Below, piece by piece: positions 26,900 to 36,729 of a stretch of DNA of 60,078 nt (position 1 is the stretch's first letter; each line of letters starts with the position of its first letter). The notes under the pieces were generated by a model. It searched no databases. It worked only from the letters and a program-made list of their open reading frames with translations, and was not told the DNA's origin. A program made the position numbers and the translations under genes. This stretch comes from Actinomycetota bacterium (lineage in GTDB: Bacteria; Actinomycetota; Aquicultoria; Aquicultorales; JAMCWL01), in the NCBI GenBank assembly GCA_023481285.1, contig JAMCWL010000071.1:1-60078 (forward strand). The letters are read 5' to 3'.

Positions 26900-27751
26900 A
26901 TGGACGAGTCACGCGAAATGCGAATCAAAGAAGAAGTGAGGGCGGAGTACGCCAGGCGCATTACTGGCGATTCTGCTTGCTGCGGTCAAAGCTCCGGTCA
27001 AAGGACCGCCCCCGGGCCAACCGGAAAGACCGCCCGAAAAATCGGGTATACCGATCAAGAGCTGGCCTCCCTGCCCGGCGATGTAGCTGAAAGCTCCTTT
27101 GGCTGCGGGAATCCCCTGGCCTTCTCGGAGGTCCGGGAGGGGGAAGTGGTCCTCGATCTTGGATCGGGCGCCGGCATGGACGTGATCCTTGCCGCAAGGA
27201 AAGTCGGCGAAAAAGGTAAGATCATCGGGCTGGACATGACTCCCGAGATGGTCGAAACGGCAAGGCAAAACGCCGAGCGGGCGGGGGTCGAGAACGTGGT
27301 CGACTTCCGCCTGGGAGAGATCGAGGACATGCCCGTCGACGACGACAGCGTTGATTGGATCATCTCGAACTGCGTTATCAACCTTTCTCCCAACAAGGAA
27401 GCGGTCTTTAAAGAAGCGTACCGGGTACTCAAGCCCGGCGGGAAGGTGCTCGTTTCGGATCTGGTCTCCTCCAACCTTCCTCAAGAGTTGAGAAAGGACT
27501 TCGAATCCTGGGCGGGATGCGTGGCCGGAACTCTGGAGGAATCGGAATACTTGGATGTTATTGAAAGAGCCGGATTTAAGGAGGTCTTCGTCGTGGATAA
27601 AGCCGATTTCACCGACGCCGTCCTTCAAAAAGCATCCATCAAAACCATCACCGATCCGGCAAACCCTCCGAAGCTTTATAGCGTCAAGGTGCGAGCCACA
27701 AAACCCTACGGAGCCGGCGATACGGAGCCGGCAAGATCAGGTCCGGGATAA
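26900..27751 (+). CDS. arsM: Arsenite S-adenosylmethyltransferase
   Basis: SACCG, SFGCGNP, LDLGSGAG, ISNCVINL and WAGCVAG motifs. Confidence 0.88.
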   Translation: MDESREMRIKEEVRAEYARRITGDSACCGQSSGQRTAPGPTGKTARKIGYTDQELASLPGDVAESSFGCGNPLAFSEVREGEVVLDLGSGAGMDVILAARKVGEKGKIIGLDMTPEMVETARQNAERAGVENVVDFRLGEIEDMPVDDDSVDWIISNCVINLSPNKEAVFKEAYRVLKPGGKVLVSDLVSSNLPQELRKDFESWAGCVAGTLEESEYLDVIERAGFKEVFVVDKADFTDAVLQKASIKTITDPANPPKLYSVKVRATKPYGAGDTEPARSGPG

Positions 27752-27871
27752 TTACCGTTCTGAATTTGGAGAATGCCGAGAGAACCGTTTCCTAGCTGAT
27801 GGCTGATCTGATTGCTGATTGCTGGAAAGCCTAAACGTTAATTGGCTACCTGATGTAAACGATAACCGAAG

Positions 27872-30337
27872 CTAGCGGACGACTACATTGACAAGACGAC
27901 CGGGGACGGTAAAGACCTTTACGATCTTCTTGCCATCCGTATAGCGCCTGACGGTCTCGGAGGCGAGCGCCGTTTCTCGCATGTTCTCCTCCGAGATGTC
28001 CGCCGGTACGCTTATGCGATCCCTGACCTTACCGTTTACTTGGACCACGAGGGTGATTTCCGGTGCCTTAGCGATCTCCGGGTCGTACGACGGCCAGGAT
28101 ACATGGTAGACGCTCTCCTTGTTGCCCACCGTCTCCCAGAGCTCCTCGGAGATGAATGGGGCGAATGGGGCGAGAAGAAGGATCAGCCTCTCGGTGACTT
28201 CCTTAACGACCGCAGGGTTGGCCTGATCACCTCTCGCTTCGTTGTAATCTCTCATCCCGTTGACGAGCTCCATAATCGCGGAGATGGAGGTATTTAAGCC
28301 AAAGGAGTCGATATCTTCGCCAACCTTTTTCACCGTCTGGTGGGCAAGTCGTAGGAGCGCATTATCGGCGTCGCCCATCTCTCGCTCCGGGCGGCGTATG
28401 GCCGTCGCGTTCTCCTCGACCAGGCGCCAGACCCGGTTGAGGAAGCGGAATGAACCTTCGACCCCGCGGTCGCTCCATTCGAGCTCTTTCTCAGGGGGCG
28501 AGGCGAAAAGGATGAAGAGCCGTGCGGTATCGGCTCCATACCGGTTGATGATATCCATTGGGTCGACGATATTCCCTTTGGATTTTGACATCTTGGCGCC
28601 GTCTTTGATGACCATCCCCTGTGTCAAGAGGTTGGTAAAGGGCTCGACGACTTTTACAAGGCCCATATCGTAAAAGACCTTGGTGAAGAAGCGCGAGTAG
28701 AGCAGGTGGAGGATGGCGTGCTCGATGCCGCCGATGTACTGGTCGACCGGCGACCAGTACGACACCTTCTCCGAGTTAAAAACTTGCCTATCGTTTTTTG
28801 GATTCGTAAAGCGCAGGTAGTACCATGACGAATCGACGAAGGTGTCCATGGTGTCGGTCTCGCGTCTGGCTCGCCCGCCGCACTTCGGACAGCTCGTGTT
28901 TACAAAATCAGATACCTGCTTAAGAGGCGAGCCGCCCATCTGCGTTATCTTGACGTTTTTCGGCAAGACGACCGGCAGCTCATCCTCGGGAACCGGCACC
29001 ACGCCACAGTGCTCGCAGTAGAGCATCGGGATGGGGGTCCCCCAATAGCGCTGGCGGGAGATGAGCCAGTCACGTAGGCGGTAGGTGATGGCGAAGTCGC
29101 CCTCGCCCCGCTCCTTCAACCACCCGGTGACTGCACGGGCGCCCTCGTCCTTCCAGAGGCCGTCGAACCGGCCGGAGTTGACCATCCGGCCGTCGCCGAC
29201 GTACGCCTCGGCCATCTCTTCGGCCTTGAATTCCTCCCCTTCCGGCTGGATGACGACCTCGATAGGGATGCCGTACCGGCGCGCGAACTCGAAGTCGCGC
29301 TGGTCGTGGGCTGGAACCGCCATCACGGCGCCCGTTCCATACTCCATGAGCACGTAGTCGGCAAGCCAGATGGGAAGCTCCTCCCCGTTGACCGGGTTCA
29401 CGACATAGCGCCCGGTGAAGACGCCCTTCTTTTCGATCTCGACGGACGTCCGATCGATCTCCGTTTCCTTCGACACCTCTTCGCGGAAGGCGGCAACCTC
29501 CGCCTCGCGTCCCGTTCCGGCGACGAGCTCGTCGACGAGCGGATGCTCGGGAGCGAGCAGGAAAAAGGTCGCGCCGAAGAGGGTATCCGCCCTCGTCGTG
29601 AAGACCTTGATCTTCTCGGTCGTTCCGGCGATGGCAAAATCGACGTAAGCGCCCTCGCTACGACCGATCCAGTTCCGCTGCATCGTGCGGACGCGCTCCG
29701 GCCAGCCTTCCAGGAGGTCAAGGTCGTTTAGCAGGCGCTCCGCATAGTCGGTGATCTTGAAGAACCACTGTTCGAGCTGGCGCTTCTCGACGTCGCTGCC
29801 GCAGCGCCAGCAAACACCCGCTTCGACCTGCTCGTTCGCGAGGACGGTTTCGCACGCCGGGCACCAATTGACGCTGGCCTCTTTTCGGTAAACGAGCCCC
29901 CGCTCGTAAAACTTGAGGAATATCCACTGGTTCCAGCGGTAGTACTCGGGTTCGGCGGTGATCATCTCCCGACCCCAGTCGTAGGAGATACCGAGGAGCT
30001 TGAGCTGCTCGTGCATCGTCTTGATGTTCTTATTCGTCCAGTCGGCGGGATGAACTCCCCGCGCGATGGCCGCGTTCTCCGCCGGCATGCCGAAGGCATC
30101 GTAGCCGATCGGATGGAGGACGTTAAAGCCCCGTGCTGTATTGAAGCGGGCGACTACGTCGCCGATGGTGTAGTTCCTAACGTGTCCCATGTGAAGGTCG
30201 CCCGATGGATAAGGAAACATCTCGAGGATGTATCGCTTGGTCTTCGCGGAGTCCTCACCCACCCGGAAGAGGTCCCGGGCGTTCCAACGCTCCCGCCACT
30301 TCTTCTCAACCGCTTTGAAATCGTACGCGCCCGCCAT
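27872..30337 (-). CDS. leuS: Leucine--tRNA ligase
   Basis: MFPYPSGDLHMGH and KMSKS motifs; true start ATG 30337 after AAGGAGG. Confidence 0.97.
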   Translation of the reverse strand: MAGAYDFKAVEKKWRERWNARDLFRVGEDSAKTKRYILEMFPYPSGDLHMGHVRNYTIGDVVARFNTARGFNVLHPIGYDAFGMPAENAAIARGVHPADWTNKNIKTMHEQLKLLGISYDWGREMITAEPEYYRWNQWIFLKFYERGLVYRKEASVNWCPACETVLANEQVEAGVCWRCGSDVEKRQLEQWFFKITDYAERLLNDLDLLEGWPERVRTMQRNWIGRSEGAYVDFAIAGTTEKIKVFTTRADTLFGATFFLLAPEHPLVDELVAGTGREAEVAAFREEVSKETEIDRTSVEIEKKGVFTGRYVVNPVNGEELPIWLADYVLMEYGTGAVMAVPAHDQRDFEFARRYGIPIEVVIQPEGEEFKAEEMAEAYVGDGRMVNSGRFDGLWKDEGARAVTGWLKERGEGDFAITYRLRDWLISRQRYWGTPIPMLYCEHCGVVPVPEDELPVVLPKNVKITQMGGSPLKQVSDFVNTSCPKCGGRARRETDTMDTFVDSSWYYLRFTNPKNDRQVFNSEKVSYWSPVDQYIGGIEHAILHLLYSRFFTKVFYDMGLVKVVEPFTNLLTQGMVIKDGAKMSKSKGNIVDPMDIINRYGADTARLFILFASPPEKELEWSDRGVEGSFRFLNRVWRLVEENATAIRRPEREMGDADNALLRLAHQTVKKVGEDIDSFGLNTSISAIMELVNGMRDYNEARGDQANPAVVKEVTERLILLLAPFAPFISEELWETVGNKESVYHVSWPSYDPEIAKAPEITLVVQVNGKVRDRISVPADISEENMRETALASETVRRYTDGKKIVKVFTVPGRLVNVVVR

Positions 30338-30464
30338 GCGCCTCCTTAATAAAACCTTCCGGCGTAACCACTCGGAGGGTCTTTGACTTCGTCTTATTTT
30401 AAAGAAGCCGGGTGCGTTGGACAAGTCAATGCGGGTCTCGGCTGGCTTTTGCTCGATTCGTCGA

Positions 30465-30510
30465 TTGACATTTTGGGCCCGCAGATGGATTATATGCATA
30501 GTTATGCATA
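30465..30510 (+). promoter_or_regulatory. vapBC promoter with tandem palindromic operator
   Basis: TTGACA at 30465; two TATGCATA palindromes at 30493-30510, before AAGGAGG. Confidence 0.6.
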
Positions 30511-30526
30511 TCAAGGAGGCATAAGA

Positions 30527-30733
30527 ATGAAGCGCACTACCGTCGTACTCGACGAGCAGCTTCTTAAGCGGGCCATGGAAGTTACCCAAGCGAAAACCAA
30601 GAAAGAGGCGATAGAAAAAGGGCTCAAAGAGCTTATCAGGCGGAAGAATGCCGAGTTGCTGCGCGAAGAGCTGGGAACATACGACATAGCTTTGACGCCT
30701 GAAGAACTCGAAAGGCTGCGTGATGAGGGGTAG
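30527..30733 (+). CDS. vapB: VapB antitoxin (RHH)
   Basis: MKRTTVVLDEQLLKRAM...KTKKEAIEKGL; strong RBS; overlaps the PIN gene. Confidence 0.88.
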   Translation: MKRTTVVLDEQLLKRAMEVTQAKTKKEAIEKGLKELIRRKNAELLREELGTYDIALTPEELERLRDEG

Positions 30734-31148
30734 GATACCAGTTGAACAGCTCGTCCTCATCGACACATCCGCCTGGATTCACGCTCTGCGCCGTGATGCA
30801 GACGAACGGATCAAGGAGCGAGTCGGCGATGCCATCCAGTCCGGCCGCGCGGCCATTGCGCCGATTATACGCCTCGAGCTGCTGGGCGGAACGCGCACGC
30901 AAGCGGAGTTCAACAGGCTGAGGCAACGCCTCGACGCGCTCCACCTGATAGGCAACGACGACCATACCTGGGATATAGCTGCTGAAATGGCCTTTGTGTT
31001 AAGAAGACAAGGGATAACGGTCCCTTACACGGATACCTTGATTGCGGCCTGTGCGATCTCCGGGGATGCCGTACTGCTCCATGCGGATGGGCATTTCGAC
31101 CTACTTTCAAAGAAGATCGATTTGGCGGTCGAGAGCTTAGCTCGCTAA
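30723..31148 (+). CDS. vapC: VapC PIN-domain toxin
   Basis: VLIDTSAWI, ELL.G, DTLIAA and DGHF motifs. Confidence 0.9.
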   Translation: MRGRIPVEQLVLIDTSAWIHALRRDADERIKERVGDAIQSGRAAIAPIIRLELLGGTRTQAEFNRLRQRLDALHLIGNDDHTWDIAAEMAFVLRRQGITVPYTDTLIAACAISGDAVLLHADGHFDLLSKKIDLAVESLAR

Positions 31149-31520
31149 CACACTCGTTGCTAAGCCTTTCGAGCAAAAGAATGCTTATAACCGCTGAATC
31201 CAGTTAAAGCGTTTCGTCAAACCACCCGCATATTACACTGGCCGCTTCTTTTGGGTGAGAGAGCATCCAGTAAACGCGGTTCTTTTAGTACCTTCGATCT
31301 TTCATAGTCATATTCTCACCGCCTTAATCCACCGGACGGACCGCCAGGGCGGTGCCAGGCACCACACGCTTTAGCTACCTGGCCATTTGAGCCTAGAACG
31401 GGCAGTTACTCCGATTCTCTCATCTCTTTAGAAACCCAGCTCGTCATGATGGGTAGGGCCGCAGGCGAACCGGAACCGTAGCTAACAACGTCCCCTTATC
31501 ACCGTGGAATTAGTGAAGCC

Positions 31521-31622
31521 ATGAAAGGAAAAATCGAAATTCCCCAGAGAGCGTTGATAGAGCTGGCCAAGCGCCATGGCCTGCCGGACTCCCAGCTTAG
31601 GCAGCTTTCTTCTTCGCTTTGA
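31521..31622 (+). pseudogene. Possible remnant of a minimal nucleotidyltransferase (MNT) antitoxin N-terminus
   Basis: MKGKIEIPQRALIELAKRHG resembles MNT N-termini, but the LFGS motif is absent and the frame stops early. Confidence 0.3.
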
Positions 31623-31959
31623 TTAGGGCCTCTTCCAAGTTGTTGACAACAACACAACCCATGCCAAGGGGCATCTGATCAGCCGCTTTTAGAACTTCAG
31701 GCTTGGGGTTGATTAGGATTAGGTATCCTTCCACATTAAGTATGTTCTTGCAGCAATCATTCAAGATTCGATAGCTGGCTTCGTCTGTAAAAACTAAGTC
31801 GGACATATCAAGCAGGATGGTACGCTCGTCCATGTCTAATAAGCCTTGAATGATCTTCTTGGTAGCCGTCGCCGTAAGTTTGTCACAGACACCCCTTAAC
31901 GCTAAGAGGGGCATGCCATCGACCATCTTTCGATGTATCGAGCATCCCGATCTATTCAT
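31597..31959 (-). CDS. STAS / anti-sigma factor antagonist-like protein
   Basis: LALRG..D, ILLDMSDLVFTD and LILINPKPEV motifs; the canonical DSSG is replaced by DEAS. Confidence 0.7.
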   Translation of the reverse strand: MNRSGCSIHRKMVDGMPLLALRGVCDKLTATATKKIIQGLLDMDERTILLDMSDLVFTDEASYRILNDCCKNILNVEGYLILINPKPEVLKAADQMPLGMGCVVVNNLEEALIKAKKKAA

Positions 31960-32154
31960 GACTCTTACTTACCCATGTTCCTAAGTGGGGTGTCCGTTAT
32001 ATAAAGCTTCAACAAACCCACAAGAAAACAGCCAAGAAGGAAATGTCTTGTTTGAATAACCCAAGGCGTGAACCCACTTTTATCGTGGGAGTATATTGAC
32101 GCGAACAGGGTAAACTCGCTCTTTGAAAGAGTCTGAATGCGAGGAGCGTATCGA

Positions 32155-33354
32155 ATGCAACATCTCAATAAAACTCCAGAAAGATCTAGGTTCTCAAAGC
32201 CAGCTTGGGAGCTTTTCATTACGGTGATAATTCTAGCTGCGCTTCTTGGTTTTCCCGGCATTGCACAAGGACAGCCAGTGAGGGCGCCATGGCCAATGTT
32301 CCGGCATGACGTCGGGCATTCGAGTCGAAGTCCTTTTATAGGACCTTCAGAACCGGTCATAAATTGGGAGTTCGAGACGGGGCGAAACCAGCCCGTTGGC
32401 AGCTCTCCGGCCGTCGATAAAGATGGGACGGTGTATCAGGGAGCAAGCGACGGAAGATTCTACGCTTTCAATCCCGATGGAACGGTGAAGTGGGCAGCAG
32501 CGGTAGGCGGGATAGTTCTTTCATCGCCGGCTATTGGACCTGATGGAACGGTTTACTTAGCGGGCTTCTATGATGGAACGCTTTACGCCGTCAACCCTGA
32601 CGGGACTAGCAAGTGGTCATTTATCACCAAAGGGCGTATTTACTCAAGCCCAGTTGTAGCGGCTGACGGCACGATCTATGTGGGAAGCTTCGACAACCAT
32701 CTCTACGCCATTGACCCCGATACCGGAAACGAGAAGTGGAGCTTTTCTACCGGTGGGCAAGTGGAATCTTCGCCCGCCATCGGCAAAGATGGAACCATCT
32801 ATTTCGGAAGCGACGATAATAGACTCTATGCGGTAAGGCCTAACGGCAAGAAACGGTGGAGCTACGTGACCTTTGGACCGGTTATATCGTCACCCGCCAT
32901 TGACGATAGAGGCAACATCTATTTTGGGAGCGGTTCCGCCTCGGAGGGCTCCGACGATACAAGAATATACGCCTTGAATCCACAGGGAAGAAAGCTATGG
33001 TCTTTCAGCACCGGGGGAGCGGTTAGGAGCTCTCCGGCAATCGGCAGAGACGGAACGATCTACGTCGGCAGCACTGATAATCGTTTATATGCAATAAATC
33101 CGTCCGGCCGACAAAAGTGGGCTTATACCACAGGAGGGCCGATAATCTCATCGCCGGCCATTGGAGGCGACTCGACCGTCTATTTTGGCAGTGGCGATGA
33201 TCACCTTTACGCCATCGACTCGAGTGGCAAGCTTGCATGGATCTTACCAACCGGTGGAGACGTTAATACTTCACCTGCCATTGGTGACGATGGCACTATC
33301 TACTACGGCAGCGACGACGGATCGATTTATGCTGTAGGCCAAGCCGGGCGCTAG
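32155..33354 (+). CDS. Secreted PQQ-like (BamB-type) beta-propeller protein
   Basis: Signal peptide, WPMFRHD, and eight SSPA(I/V)..DG.IY.GS.D..LYA repeats. Confidence 0.88.
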   Translation: MQHLNKTPERSRFSKPAWELFITVIILAALLGFPGIAQGQPVRAPWPMFRHDVGHSSRSPFIGPSEPVINWEFETGRNQPVGSSPAVDKDGTVYQGASDGRFYAFNPDGTVKWAAAVGGIVLSSPAIGPDGTVYLAGFYDGTLYAVNPDGTSKWSFITKGRIYSSPVVAADGTIYVGSFDNHLYAIDPDTGNEKWSFSTGGQVESSPAIGKDGTIYFGSDDNRLYAVRPNGKKRWSYVTFGPVISSPAIDDRGNIYFGSGSASEGSDDTRIYALNPQGRKLWSFSTGGAVRSSPAIGRDGTIYVGSTDNRLYAINPSGRQKWAYTTGGPIISSPAIGGDSTVYFGSGDDHLYAIDSSGKLAWILPTGGDVNTSPAIGDDGTIYYGSDDGSIYAVGQAGR

Positions 33355-33386
33355 AAACCGAACGAAACCTGTAGGGGGCTTTCGAA

Positions 33387-33829
33387 ATGAAAGCAATAAG
33401 AAAAGAACCGGCACCTGAACCGAAACAGCTTGGGAAGATTGTTAAATCAACGTCTGCAGCAGGACTCGCCCTTATTTTTCCGCTTATTTACACAGGTTAC
33501 TGGGCTTACCGGGTCAATAAAGAGATCGCCGAGCATGACTCCTCAATAGATGTCGACCCAGTTATATGTCCGGACTTGCTTTTTCAATTGGAGGCCTGCT
33601 TGTCATTCCAACGGTAATTTCAGCTTACACAACACTTGGGCGCTTGAGAGTAATGCAAAGCCATTGCGGCCAGCATAAGGAATTTGACCTTAAGGACATG
33701 TTCACTCTTCTTGTTACATCTTTCTTGTTTGTCTTGGGTCTCTCATTCTTCGCCTACTACATTCAAGATGCGTTAAACGAGCATTGGCTGATCCATGAGG
33801 GAGAAGAGGAAGAGAGCATTGCAGCATAG
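33387..33829 (+). pseudogene. DUF4234-like membrane protein, frameshifted
   Basis: YW.YRVNKEI...IQDALN motifs. Removing the extra AT at 33564-33565 gives DVDPVMSGLAFS, which aligns with the paralog HVRPWLSAIAFS. Confidence 0.7.
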
Positions 33830-33848
33830 ATGTACAGGAGCGTGAACC

Positions 33849-34333
33849 ATGGAAGCACCGATAGCTAAACGTATCGGAAGATTAGAAGCCCGGCGTTTGT
33901 CTATGTTGTCAGCTTGGCTACGTTTGGCTTCTATTCAATTTACTGGTGGTACAAGGTCAACGATGAGGTGCGAAAACATGACCCTGCTGAAATCCACGTC
34001 AGGCCATGGTTGTCGGCAATCGCCTTTTCCATTATTGGAATAGCACTCCTATTCATTCCTGCAGTAATTACCGTTCATAGTACAGCTAATCAAATCAGCG
34101 AAATGGAAAAGCACTGCCAAGTTAAGCGAGTTTTGGACCCAGACCGCGCCACGTGGCTTTATATCACTAGCTGGTTATCGATACCTTTACTCCTCGGATT
34201 CTTCATTCCTCTCTGCTTTTTCCTGGCATTTTTCTTTGTTGCAGAGATACAAGATGACTTGAATGGACACTGGAAGTGGCATAAACGAATGGAAGTTGAG
34301 AAAGCGCCGTCTAGGCAAGGAAAAGCTGCGTAG
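33849..34333 (+). pseudogene. DUF4234-like membrane protein, frameshifted
   Basis: Restoring one A near 33878 gives IGKIRSPAFVYVVSLATFGFYSIYWWYKVNDEV...IQDDLN. Confidence 0.7.
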
Positions 34334-34755
34334 GTGTGTTAAGTCTTGTTGGACTCCTCACGAGTTAATCAGATGTTCGAAATTTTGCAGAATTGGAGTA
34401 GCTTCCTACAATGCTGGTATCTGTATATATGTATAGCAAAACCCGCGAAACCAAGTGGGTTTGTTGTTTTGCATATTGCCTGGTCAACGTATCGCTTGCC
34501 TTCTTAAGCAAACTGGTACCACAAACTGGTACCAGGTACTGCACGCTTCAACTACCAGGTCTTTTACTCCTAGAATGGACGGTTTCTTTCGATTCCCCTC
34601 ATCTCCTTGGTACACCCATCAAGAATCCAATTGGGAACTGAGCAGCCCATCTACCAAAGAAATCGCCCGTTTTTTAGTTAAATGTGCTGGTAAGAGAGTC
34701 AGGTGGTACCTGGTACCACCAGATTGGATTGCCAAGATTGCCACGCGTCAGTGGA

Positions 34756-35619
34756 TCAGACGGCGTGGGCTCCTTCTCCGGCGATGAATTTTTCGGGATT
34801 TTCCTGGAATTCGCCCGCGCAGCCTTTGGAGCAGAAGTAATAAGTCTTATCCTTGTAGGTCACGCTGGCGGCCGCTTTTTCTCGTTCGATCGACATCTCG
34901 CAAACCGGATCGTGTTCCATGACGGCCATCTGCTTGAACTCTCCGTCTTCGAGCCAGAGAACCCTGTCGGCGTGCTCTTTGATGCGAGCATCGTGGCTCA
35001 CGATCACCACGCTCTTTCTCTGATTCTTTGCGATCTGCTGCAGCCGCCTGATGATATCGTGGCCGATCTTGGAATCCAGGTTGGCGGTGGGCTCGTCGCA
35101 GAGGAGGATGTCCGGCTCGTTCGCCAGGGCCCTCGCTATGGCCACCCGCTGCTTCTCCCCGCCCGAGAGCTTTTCAGGGCGAAAGTCAAGGCGCTCTCCG
35201 AGCCCGAGATCTGTAAGAAAGGCCTCGGCTCTCTTGCGCGCCTCGGCTCCCTTGACGCCAGCGAGGTTCAAGACGACCTCGACGTTCTCTCGCGCCGTAA
35301 GAGCCGAAAGCAGGTTGAAGTCCTGAAAGATGAAGCCGAGGTGGTTCAGACGGACATCGGGCAGCTCGCTCTCCGAAAGAACGGCGATGTCCTCCCCGCC
35401 GAGGCTGACGCTGCCCGAAGAGGGCTTAAGAAGAGCGCCGAGGATCGAGAGTAAAGTCGTCTTTCCGCTTCCCGAAGGACCCATGATCAGGACGACTTCG
35501 CCCCTCTTAACCTCCAGGGAAACGTTCCTCAGCGCCGTTACCTCCGTCTCGCCCTCGCCGTACTTCTTGGTCAGGTTCGATGCTTCGATGACCGATTCTT
35601 TTGCTGCTTCCACGATCAT
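34756..35619 (-). CDS. LolD/MacB-type ABC ATPase with C-terminal YHS domain
   Basis: [16 protein letters not shown] and DEPTANLD motifs; C-terminal DPVCEM...YYFCSKGC...F.ENPEKF. Confidence 0.9.
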   Translation of the reverse strand: MIVEAAKESVIEASNLTKKYGEGETEVTALRNVSLEVKRGEVVLIMGPSGSGKTTLLSILGALLKPSSGSVSLGGEDIAVLSESELPDVRLNHLGFIFQDFNLLSALTARENVEVVLNLAGVKGAEARKRAEAFLTDLGLGERLDFRPEKLSGGEKQRVAIARALANEPDILLCDEPTANLDSKIGHDIIRRLQQIAKNQRKSVVIVSHDARIKEHADRVLWLEDGEFKQMAVMEHDPVCEMSIEREKAAASVTYKDKTYYFCSKGCAGEFQENPEKFIAGEGAHAV

Positions 35620-36725
35620 CTCCTAAAGACTTCCGCCGGGTTGAGCCCGGCTATTCTTAATATCGGAATCGACGACGCGAGAATCGTTATGAGCCCCGCG
35701 CCGAGGATGACTTTCAGCAATGACGGCGGTCCGATGACGAGCGAAACGCCGGCCTGCGCCGCCCCAAGACCGAAAGCGACGGCAAAAGCCAGCGCCACGG
35801 CGATGACGAACCCCCCGACGACGCTTATGATCGCCTGCTTGAAGACGACGCCGATCAGCTTGCGGTTCTTTGCGCCGATGGCCTTCAGGATGCCGTACTC
35901 CCGCACTTTGGAGAGGGTCGCCGTGTACGCGGTCAAGCCCAGAACGGCGAGGCCGATCAGAAAACCGACCAAGTTCATCATCTTGATGACGTCGCCCGCC
36001 ATGTCGCTTACCAGGCGCTTTTCATTGTCGGCGAACTCTTCGCGGGTCATCACGTTGATCCCTTTGACTTCGTCCTTGATCCTGCCGATGACGTCCCTGG
36101 GGTTCTCTCCCCGCTTGACGGTCACCAGAGAGTAGCTCACGACGCCTCGCAAGCCGCGCGCCCGCTCGAAATCGTCATACCTGACGAACGCTATCGAGTT
36201 CGTGATGTTCACCGTTCCCTTGGCCAGGCCGCCGACCTTAAAGGAGCGCCCCAGGACGGTCAAGCGGTCCCCGATCTTCAGGTCGTACTTGTCGGCGATC
36301 CGCTCGTCGACGATGATCTCGCCCGGCTTGAGGTCGGCAGAGCCCTCGGCCATCTCCCATGGCCCGCCCAGCTTGCCCGGCTGATAACCGATCACATAGG
36401 CCAAACTGCGGTTTTCACCAATGACCAGATAATCCGAGTTGTAAAAGATCGAATCGACCCCTTTTACGCCGCGAACCTTTTTAACCGCGCCGGCTTTGGA
36501 GGCCGGGAAGAAAGAGCTGGTCATGTGGAGGTTGCCCACCCCTTCCTGCGCGAGCGTGATGTCGTAGGGAGTCTTATCCATGTAGAAGGTGAGCTGCTTC
36601 ATCGCGCCGGCGAAGACCCCGTCCAGCACCAGGATCAGGAGGATCGCCAGGGCGACTCCGCCGACGCTCATCAAGAATCTCGCCCTTCCCTCGAATAAGT
36701 TTTTCCAAGCGATCGAAACCGTCAT
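35616..36725 (-). CDS. FtsX/MacB-like ABC permease
   Basis: N-terminal TM, extracytoplasmic domain, REYGILKAIGA, three C-terminal TMs. Confidence 0.9.
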   Translation of the reverse strand: MTVSIAWKNLFEGRARFLMSVGGVALAILLILVLDGVFAGAMKQLTFYMDKTPYDITLAQEGVGNLHMTSSFFPASKAGAVKKVRGVKGVDSIFYNSDYLVIGENRSLAYVIGYQPGKLGGPWEMAEGSADLKPGEIIVDERIADKYDLKIGDRLTVLGRSFKVGGLAKGTVNITNSIAFVRYDDFERARGLRGVVSYSLVTVKRGENPRDVIGRIKDEVKGINVMTREEFADNEKRLVSDMAGDVIKMMNLVGFLIGLAVLGLTAYTATLSKVREYGILKAIGAKNRKLIGVVFKQAIISVVGGFVIAVALAFAVAFGLGAAQAGVSLVIGPPSLLKVILGAGLITILASSIPILRIAGLNPAEVFRR

Positions 36726-36729
36726 AACG

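Noticed and set aside
30338..30766. N-terminal extension of LeuS in the ORF track
   Set aside because: It overlaps vapB and its promoter on the other strand; a strong RBS supports ATG 30337.
31450..31490. c-di-AMP (ydaO) riboswitch-like fragment GGTAGGG...AGCTAAC
   Set aside because: Only a partial resemblance; the upstream conserved elements and pairings are missing.
34411..34787. Short ORFs 34411-34641 and 34455-34787
   Set aside because: Atypical composition, overlap with palindromic repeats, and no recognisable motif.
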